64,000 nt of DNA from Candidatus Thorarchaeota archaeon (GTDB taxonomy: Archaea > Asgardarchaeota > Thorarchaeia > Thorarchaeales > Thorarchaeaceae). Below the pieces are notes generated by a model, which saw only the letters and a program-made list of their open reading frames with translations, was not told where the DNA came from and did no database searches. The stretch is taken from positions 1 through 64,000 of the forward strand of contig RDOC01000005.1 of assembly GCA_011364985.1 (NCBI GenBank), written 5' to 3'. Shown here in pieces: positions 57,026-64,000 of the stretch. A program made the position numbers and the translations under genes. Position 1 is the stretch's first letter. Every line of letters begins with the position of its first letter.

Positions 57026-57990
57026 GCTCCCTGGTCAAGATACTCAGCAAGGCTCTGAAGAAATCGGGGAAAGTCATTCTTGCTCATCGATGCTCCCGCT
57101 GCGGCAGGATGACCACCACCCTGACCTCCGTCGATGGAAGGAAGTATTGCGTTCATGGCCTTGTTAAGATCGATGTTGCATTGACGCCTGCGGATACTGC
57201 AGTCCATATCGTCCCCTGAAGACCGTGCGCTGATACCAATCATCGAGTTTGTCAAATAGGCTGCGAACTTTGCGCTTTTCCCACGATAGCCATTGACAGG
57301 CATATCGAGGACGTAGCCAATTAGGTTCATTTTCCTAGCATTCTTCTGGACATATCGGAACACCTCATGCTCAATTCGGGTTGCCTTCAGTGCCAAATCC
57401 ACTATATCATTCATTGAGCTTGGCTCAATTCCCATTGTCAACTGGCGAACTAGGTCCTTCGACTCTCTTCGATAATCAATCTCCTGAAGGGCCTGAACAA
57501 GAATCCCAGCTTCAAGGTACAGAGTCCTTTTGTCATAATCGTCGAAGTGCTTCTTGCAGAAGGGAGTATCATCGCAGTAGTCACCTATGGCGCCATAAAG
57601 GGCTAAACGGAGAGCATGCTCTGGGAGCTCTTCGGCAAACTTTCTGAATACAAGCTCAGCTGCGCAGGGTCCGACTTCATGGAATAGGTCAACTCGATCG
57701 GACAGTTTCTTCTTTTGTCTTGCTGTCAAGGGATGATGGTCAGTCCAGTGGATTCTTGTTGAATCAGAGAATTTATCAAGAGCCCTTAGAATATCATCGA
57801 ATCGCTTGCTATTTATTGCTATGTCACTGATATGAACCACATCGGATTGGTCCTTTGCCACACGGTACAGGTCTTGATGAATCTGAGAAGGTTTTGTGAA
57901 GTAAAGATCAGCTCTAGGAAATGCGAGAAGTGCGATGGCACCTGAAGTTATTCCATCAAGGTCTCCATGAGTTAGTACTACATTCACCAT
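57022..57990 (-). CDS. DHH family phosphoesterase (DHHA1)
   Basis: THGDLDG, ISD, TDHH, GGGHPAAAG. Confidence 0.92.
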   Translation of the reverse strand: MVNVVLTHGDLDGITSGAIALLAFPRADLYFTKPSQIHQDLYRVAKDQSDVVHISDIAINSKRFDDILRALDKFSDSTRIHWTDHHPLTARQKKKLSDRVDLFHEVGPCAAELVFRKFAEELPEHALRLALYGAIGDYCDDTPFCKKHFDDYDKRTLYLEAGILVQALQEIDYRRESKDLVRQLTMGIEPSSMNDIVDLALKATRIEHEVFRYVQKNARKMNLIGYVLDMPVNGYRGKSAKFAAYLTNSMIGISARSSGDDMDCSIRRRQCNIDLNKAMNAILPSIDGGQGGGHPAAAGASMSKNDFPRFLQSLAEYLDQGA

Positions 57991-58015
57991 TTCAAAACCA
58001 TCCTAGTATGCGACT

Positions 58016-59407
58016 TTATCGGTAGGTTTCTTCAAGAGCTTTATCCCATTCATCCTTTTCTTCGCCATGTTCTCGCCGTTTTTGAGCCTCCTTGCGAGCC
58101 TTCTCACGTGCCCTGCGCTTCTCTTTGGCTTCCTTCTTGAGTTGTTCAATTCTTCTTTTATGTCGCTTTTGCTCCTCTTCTTCTTCTTTGGAGAGTTTGG
58201 GTTCTTCCACGACTTCTCGCTTAGAGAACCAAGTAATCACCATAGCTGCAAAGGGGAATAATAGAGCAATAGGAACGAGAAGGAGAAGCGTCATCTCGGG
58301 TTGAAGAATCTCAACACTATTCTGGATTCCAATTGGCAGATTCAGTATAGTTGTAAGGACTGATGGACTGATGAGCAGGAATGATACAGCGACCACACTT
58401 AGAAATCTAATTGCAGACCCCATTATCGTTGAACCAATGATGTATCCAGAAGAGGGAGAAGCAGCCTTTGCAGTTAGCTCATCCCTTGCCCTCGAATCTG
58501 AGGTAAGAATGTCATCAACGTAGTTCTGTAATCTCCGAACGTCTGATATGGCATCTAAGTTTTCAAGCGCATCTTTACTTCCAACAACTTTCCGTTCAAT
58601 AGCTTCTCGGAGGAAGGAGAAAGCTGTGGCTCCTGAAGACCTGCTCATGGCTGTCAAACTCACTTTGTCACCGCGCTCAATAGCATCAACCTTGCGCGTG
58701 GCTTGTCTGAGCGCCAGTAGCTGCTTTCGCAAGGTTTCTTCTCGCTCTTCGACTGGCTTGCCCACCGAGTGGCTGTAAATCATCTGGTAGCTGGTTTCAA
58801 GATAGGCAAAGGAAATCAATGCAAGTATCTGCACTGGATGGAAGAGAAACACCAGGAAGTCAGCAGGGAATACTTCAAAATTGGGGATGAGATGTCCACG
58901 GAAAGCTGCCAAGATCAAAATGAGCTGCATCGACACGAATGCACCACTAGCGTACTTGTGTTCCATTCTGAACAGGCTTTGAAGAAACAGGGCAATACTG
59001 ACTCCTGCACATAAGAAATAGAGAAAGAGGAAAGCGTTGTCCCATAGACTAAGAAGAATTCTTTCGAGATCGCCTTGAAATTGAGCCATCACCTGGTTGA
59101 TGTTTGTAAGTGGACCTCTCACACCATAGGGCTGCATATACCACATTCTGAGAACAAGCGTATTGTACAAACCAGTGACCAGGGTCCCAGGGTTTGCTCC
59201 TGTGAATACAATAACAAGGGCGGATAGGAGAACTATTGAAGCAAAGAAGAATATCAATGAAAGAAGGCGGAATACTGTGACCACAAACTCGTATGGAGCA
59301 GCCCAATGCCAGACGTCATTTACGTCCATTGCACTGTAAACGAGGAATGCCATTGCGGCAAAGGTGACAATGGAGGCGAATCTGAGAATCCAAGTCACGA
59401 TCCTCAA
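58016..59407 (-). CDS. Polytopic membrane protein of the MoxR operon
   Basis: About 7 TM helices, charged C-terminus, GTGA overlap with the DUF58 gene. Confidence 0.85.
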   Translation of the reverse strand: MRIVTWILRFASIVTFAAMAFLVYSAMDVNDVWHWAAPYEFVVTVFRLLSLIFFFASIVLLSALVIVFTGANPGTLVTGLYNTLVLRMWYMQPYGVRGPLTNINQVMAQFQGDLERILLSLWDNAFLFLYFLCAGVSIALFLQSLFRMEHKYASGAFVSMQLILILAAFRGHLIPNFEVFPADFLVFLFHPVQILALISFAYLETSYQMIYSHSVGKPVEEREETLRKQLLALRQATRKVDAIERGDKVSLTAMSRSSGATAFSFLREAIERKVVGSKDALENLDAISDVRRLQNYVDDILTSDSRARDELTAKAASPSSGYIIGSTIMGSAIRFLSVVAVSFLLISPSVLTTILNLPIGIQNSVEILQPEMTLLLLVPIALLFPFAAMVITWFSKREVVEEPKLSKEEEEEQKRHKRRIEQLKKEAKEKRRAREKARKEAQKRREHGEEKDEWDKALEETYR

Positions 59408-60726
59408 AACATTGCCACTCCCCTTTGTTTTGCTTCCTCGTAGGTCTTTATGATTGTTGGAAGAAAGTCCTCAGGCCCAACATTGACAACAGAGATGTTG
59501 AATTTGGCCAAAGCCCGCGAGATCTTCCTTCTTCTCTCCCATAGCTCTTCAGATACTGCTTCCGAAAGCACTTTTTCTACAGGACCAAATTGTCCGACAG
59601 GTGCCTCAAACCATGGGCCAAACGGACTAATGACTTGCGCACGGTGTCCATTTGCCACAATCGTTTTCATGGCGTTTAGCAATGGAGCAGGACTTTCCTC
59701 CATATCTGTGAAGAATATGAAGAGAGATCGCTTTCGAGTCTGTTCCACCACGTAGGAAACCGCTGACTCATAGTCGCCCCATCCCGAAGGACTGGCCATT
59801 GCCAACGACTCCAGAACGTTATACATGTGATTAGGAGATGTAGCTGGGGGCACATAGGAGTGAACAATCTCGCTGAAGACACAAGTTCCAACCAGATCCT
59901 TCCTCTCAAGTCCAAGATGTGTCAGGAGCACAGCCGCTCGGATGGCATATTCCAGCTTTGTGTTCTCAGGATATCCATTACCCATACTCCCGCTTGTATC
60001 AACCATGCAGACGACTTGAATGTTCTTCTCCTGTTCGAATTGTCTTACAACAAGGTCCCCACGTTTTGCACTTGTCTTCCAGTCTATCAGCCTGAACGGG
60101 TCACCAGGCACATACTCACGAAATCCTGCAAAATCCGTACCCATTCCAACAATCTTGGTACGATGCGCACCAAACATCAGTCCAAGTTGTCGCTGCTTTC
60201 CAAGGGCCTCCATTCGACGTACATCTTTCCAAGTCGGATATACCAGAATTTCCGTTTCAGCTTCCAGAGTTCGCTTATAATAGTGTAGCCCTAGTCGATC
60301 ACGCATGACCACGTCTGTAGGTCCAAGATTGTACCGCCCGCGCATTCGTGCCTGTAAAATATAAGAAAAAGTGATGCTGCTTCCGGGCTCGATCCGACTA
60401 GCAATGAAATTCTCTCCGATTGCCAGTATCCAAGTTTCAGGATACTGGTCCCAGATCTCGATGAAATCGAAGTGCCTTCGTGACGTGTTATGAACAGTAA
60501 CACGCACACGTACGAAATCTCCGGAGAAGACCTTGACTTTGTCAATCTCTCTGTCAATCTGTATTCCTGCGATATTAGCTGTGAGTGCGAAAAGAGGCAG
60601 TGTTACAACTAGGCCTATGATTAGATAAACGCCAAGGGTTGTGAGGTAGAAATTCGCCCACACAAAGCCACTTGTTACTAGAAGTACTCCGGAGAATACT
60701 ACCGCAAAGCCTCTTTGAGTAATCAC
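59404..60726 (-). CDS. DUF58 (vWA-like) protein
   Basis: FAGFREYVPGD..IDWKTSAK; VDTSGSM MIDAS. Confidence 0.93.
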   Translation of the reverse strand: MITQRGFAVVFSGVLLVTSGFVWANFYLTTLGVYLIIGLVVTLPLFALTANIAGIQIDREIDKVKVFSGDFVRVRVTVHNTSRRHFDFIEIWDQYPETWILAIGENFIASRIEPGSSITFSYILQARMRGRYNLGPTDVVMRDRLGLHYYKRTLEAETEILVYPTWKDVRRMEALGKQRQLGLMFGAHRTKIVGMGTDFAGFREYVPGDPFRLIDWKTSAKRGDLVVRQFEQEKNIQVVCMVDTSGSMGNGYPENTKLEYAIRAAVLLTHLGLERKDLVGTCVFSEIVHSYVPPATSPNHMYNVLESLAMASPSGWGDYESAVSYVVEQTRKRSLFIFFTDMEESPAPLLNAMKTIVANGHRAQVISPFGPWFEAPVGQFGPVEKVLSEAVSEELWERRRKISRALAKFNISVVNVGPEDFLPTIIKTYEEAKQRGVAMF

Positions 60727-60764
60727 ATCACATCTTCTCCGTGATAATCACAGGTCAGGAGCAT

Positions 60765-61751
60765 TTATCGTGGAATATCCACTTCGCCCAGAATTCGGGA
60801 CACAACACGCTCAACAGTCAATCCTTCCAGCTCTGCCTCTGGCTTCAGAATCAGCCTGTGATTGAGAGTTTGAACGGTCAGTCTCCGGACATCCTCAGGA
60901 ATGACATAGTCACGACCATGCATTGCCGCCCTTGTCTTTGATGCATTCATTAGCACTAGTGAAGCTCTTGGCGATCCGCCCAAGAGTACCTGGGGGTCGT
61001 TTCGTGTTCTGATGATTATATCACGAATGTAGTTTATGATATCCTCCTCAAGGAACACTGTTCGGCAGGCATTCTGCATTCTCACAATTGTTGCCGGGTC
61101 AGCCAGTACACGCAGGTCCATGACTTCGCCAACATGTTTCCTACGAATGACCTCAGCCTCTTCATTGGTTGTTGGGTAATCAAGAATCAACCTAAACATG
61201 AATCGGTCAAGTTGCGCCTCAGGAAGCGGATAGGTACCTTCCTGTTCCACAGGATTTTGCGTGGCGATTATCAGGAATGGCTTGGGCAGTTTCCGGGTTA
61301 CTCCTTCAATGGACACTTGGCGTTCTTCCATGACCTCAAGAAGTGCGCTTTGCGATTTCGGAGGACATCGGTTAATTTCGTCGGCCAAGACCAAGTTTGA
61401 GAAGACTGGTCCTTTTCTGAACCAGAATTCCCCTGTCCGTTGGTTGAAGACATTGCTTCCGAGCAAATCTGCAGGAAGTGTGTCAACAGTAAGCTGAATG
61501 CGTTTGAATGCGCAACCAAGAATGGATGCAAAGGTCCGTGCCATATAGGTCTTTGCCAGTCCTGGAACGCCTTCCAAAACAACATGACCATCAGACAGGA
61601 AAGCAATCAGCACATCACGCATTATCTCCGTTTGCCCTACAACACGACGAGCACACTCATGAAGTATCTCCTGGCTGGAGGCCTTTACCTCATCAATGGT
61701 CATCGTCGGTAGACCGGCAACTTCAGTTTCTGTCTGTTCTTCTGTTGTCAA
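60765..61751 (-). CDS. moxR: MoxR family AAA+ ATPase
   Basis: EGVPGLAKT, LADEINR, ATQNPVEQEGTYPLPEAQLDRF. Confidence 0.96.
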   Translation of the reverse strand: MTTEEQTETEVAGLPTMTIDEVKASSQEILHECARRVVGQTEIMRDVLIAFLSDGHVVLEGVPGLAKTYMARTFASILGCAFKRIQLTVDTLPADLLGSNVFNQRTGEFWFRKGPVFSNLVLADEINRCPPKSQSALLEVMEERQVSIEGVTRKLPKPFLIIATQNPVEQEGTYPLPEAQLDRFMFRLILDYPTTNEEAEVIRRKHVGEVMDLRVLADPATIVRMQNACRTVFLEEDIINYIRDIIIRTRNDPQVLLGGSPRASLVLMNASKTRAAMHGRDYVIPEDVRRLTVQTLNHRLILKPEAELEGLTVERVVSRILGEVDIPR

Positions 61752-61764
61752 TTTTATTTCTACC

Positions 61765-63153
61765 TCACTTTGACTTTGTATCGATTAGTAATGATTGAAT
61801 ATTACGCATGAAAAAGAAGAGATCCATCATCTCATTCTCCTTAACTTTCATCCTTGGGTTTGAGGATATCTCTTCTATTCTCCTGATGGCCCGAAAGAAC
61901 TCCTCTTGCTTCATCTTTGAGTCCTTATATTGTATGAGCTCCCAGAGCTTTTGGATGCTAAACTCCGTCCATCGGTTTTTCCGAGTAAGGTCTCTTCTTA
62001 GTCGTCTGTAAAGCATCTTGACAACCCGACCATAGTTACCCTCTTTTCTGTAATAGACCATCCGTTCGCTGAAGTAGGTCTGACCACGTCGCAGGAATAC
62101 TTCTGACACACTCTTTACCTCAGGCTTCTTAGGGTCAGGAAGATACTTGCGAATACCCAACACTGTGCTTAGAGGATAGAGAGGGGCTAGCAAAGGAATG
62201 GCTGACAGCCATAATGCTCTCCCAAGATAAAGACCAAAGATGAACTCTGGGGAGTTCCATGGAACAGCAAGGAGATTCTCGCTAAATGCGATTGTGTAGT
62301 TTCTCTGACCCTGGGATAACCAGTTGATAATGTTTGAACCGAATCTTTGGTTGTCAGGAAAGCGATCCCACATGTCATTGGTGAATACACTGGGATCGCT
62401 TAGAGCTACTAATCTACCGCCGCCTGGGATGAATGTGGAGAAATCAATTGCTCCAACAACTGGTAGTACACCCGCCATTGTATCGTTTTTGGGCCAAGGA
62501 TATTTGTCAGTAACATTGACTTCAACCCATGCTCGATTAGTTGTCCATGCTATTCCAAGATTTCCGAGGAGAGAATATGGGTTGAGTGTCGATGCCCAAT
62601 TCAGATGGAGTTCGCTAATCCCTTGAGTTATAGGATGAGGCACAAAGCTTTTGATTACTGGAAGCCGTGGGTCCTTGTCATAAGAATCTATATCCAGAAG
62701 AACTCCTTCGGTGAAGGTTAGTAAACCGGTGAAGTTCGTTCCAGTAATTGGTGAGGAAATATCTCTGAAGAGAAAATCATTGAATAAGCCCAAGGAATCG
62801 TTGGCAGTCCCAAAATCATCAGCTATGAGCACACCGCCGCCTGTTGATAGATGCTGGAATATCACAAGTACCATGTCCGTAGAGAAGTCTATGACCGGAC
62901 CAGCAATGACTAGCACTGCAGACCCTTGGTATCTGCCAAGGACACTCATGGAGGACTGGATGGACTTAACATCATAACCGGACTCATTGATGGCCGTGCT
63001 AAACTCGCTGTATCCGTTCCATCCTTCATTGTATATACTGAAATCATGTGTATACACCTCCGTAATTCCTACAACAGTGGTGCCAGCAAGGAGACCTATC
63101 GGAGCCCAGCTTAGAATAAATAGAATCACTTGAACTGTTTCTTTCCAGCCCAT
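61765..63153 (-). CDS. DUF4350 membrane protein
   Basis: FSIYNEGWNGYS, GGGVLIADDFG, LSDPSVFTNDM. Confidence 0.85.
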   Translation of the reverse strand: MGWKETVQVILFILSWAPIGLLAGTTVVGITEVYTHDFSIYNEGWNGYSEFSTAINESGYDVKSIQSSMSVLGRYQGSAVLVIAGPVIDFSTDMVLVIFQHLSTGGGVLIADDFGTANDSLGLFNDFLFRDISSPITGTNFTGLLTFTEGVLLDIDSYDKDPRLPVIKSFVPHPITQGISELHLNWASTLNPYSLLGNLGIAWTTNRAWVEVNVTDKYPWPKNDTMAGVLPVVGAIDFSTFIPGGGRLVALSDPSVFTNDMWDRFPDNQRFGSNIINWLSQGQRNYTIAFSENLLAVPWNSPEFIFGLYLGRALWLSAIPLLAPLYPLSTVLGIRKYLPDPKKPEVKSVSEVFLRRGQTYFSERMVYYRKEGNYGRVVKMLYRRLRRDLTRKNRWTEFSIQKLWELIQYKDSKMKQEEFFRAIRRIEEISSNPRMKVKENEMMDLFFFMRNIQSLLIDTKSK

Positions 63154-63167
63154 TAGTCACACCTTTC

Positions 63168-63554
63168 TTACGCCGACAGCGTTTTACCTTCTATTCTTGG
63201 ATACAAATCACTGAAAGTCTTGATGACCACTTCATAGCGTTCCCGTGATATCACGTGGTTGGAGAAACGAGCCTCCAAATAGATGTCAACAAACTCGTCT
63301 ACGATTACGCTATCAAGAAGCAATGATTTCGAAACACGATCCAAGAATTCGTGCGCAGTTTCAGAGTGCATCCTTTCAGTTCCTGTCTTCCGACCGCACA
63401 TCTGTTCAAAAGTGCGATAGGCAAGCGTTATCGCTGCATCATATTTGCCAGCATCAGCCAGCTTCTTGATGTTCCTAAGCTTTGAAGGAATGTCCACACT
63501 CTCCTCTCTCGGCGTCCGAGAGAATCTGCCTCTGAGGGAGTCCATTAAGCCCAT
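63168..63554 (-). CDS. Stand-alone soluble DUF4129 protein
   Basis: AYRTFE..SETAHEF..YLEARFS; GGTGA RBS. Confidence 0.85.
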   Translation of the reverse strand: MGLMDSLRGRFSRTPREESVDIPSKLRNIKKLADAGKYDAAITLAYRTFEQMCGRKTGTERMHSETAHEFLDRVSKSLLLDSVIVDEFVDIYLEARFSNHVISRERYEVVIKTFSDLYPRIEGKTLSA

Positions 63555-63565
63555 ATCATCACCTT

Positions 63566-64000
63566 CTATTCTGTAATTACAACAACCGCCTCGATTCGTG
63601 GATAGAGGTCGGTAAGAACACGCATCGTGTTTTCGTAGCGCGAACGCGAAACCTCATGGTCCGAGAAGCGCGCCTCTTCGTAGGCTTCAAGCAACTCGCT
63701 AACAGAAGCAAGGTCCAGCGGGATTTGCTCCAACGTACGAGTCACAAAATCCCGAGCTGTCTCAGAAAGACGGCGCTCGGAGCCTATCTTAGTGCCGCAT
63801 AACGCCTCAAAGGTATGGTACGCGAGATTTATCGCGGCACTGAATTTGCCAGCATCTGCGAGTTTCTTGATGTTACGCAGGCGCTGCGATATACTCCCAT
63901 CTTCAAGACTTGACTTACCCCTTCCATATCCTTTCATGAAGTAAATGTAGATAAAAATGACAACTATCGCAGCACCAAGAAGTGCGAAAGGAACGAGGAA
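63566..64000 (-). CDS. C-terminus (TM + DUF4129) of a gene starting beyond the window
   Basis: Frame open to the edge (FLVPFALLGAAIVVIFIYIYFMK...); SETARDF, YEEARFS. Confidence 0.85.
   Translation of the reverse strand, partial: FLVPFALLGAAIVVIFIYIYFMKGYGRGKSSLEDGSISQRLRNIKKLADAGKFSAAINLAYHTFEALCGTKIGSERRLSETARDFVTRTLEQIPLDLASVSELLEAYEEARFSDHEVSRSRYENTMRVLTDLYPRIEAVVVITE

Noticed and set aside
1-64000. CRISPR arrays, tRNA/rRNA genes, IS elements, prophage genes
   Set aside because: No regularly spaced identical repeats, cloverleaf/T-loop signatures, transposase or viral hallmark ORFs seen by eye; tRNAscan-SE and Infernal would be decisive

Overview
An archaeal chromosomal window, about 45% GC by eye. 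It is most likely from an Asgard archaeon (Thorarchaeia-like), inferred from two profilin-fold genes, an archaeal histone, archaeal uS19, TATA-box promoters and frequent TTG starts. It holds about 65 intact genes, mostly housekeeping, transport and regulatory (MscL, Nth, ETF, GlmM/PMM, three ABC systems, OPT, MFS, a MoxR/DUF58/DUF4350/DUF4129 operon). At least five decayed pseudogenes and a free-standing LAGLIDADG endonuclease gene are also present. No rRNA, tRNA, CRISPR array or IS element was recognised. The best candidate for an undescribed system is invisible in the ORF track. At 51575-52200 (minus strand) lies a polycistronic array of three paralogous 30-35 aa micropeptides, plus a possible frameshifted fourth. 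Each has its own Shine-Dalgarno site and a shared C-terminal motif, and the array is transcribed divergently from a wHTH regulator across a repeat-rich operator. Other highlights: a NosL-like/DUF4418/LolDE-type Cys-rich metal-trafficking cluster with no nosZ in the window, a DPM2-like protein, tandem divergent profilins, an alpha3-truncated histone with a structured leader, and a circularly permuted MscL. All family assignments are by motif recognition from memory; no database searches were run.
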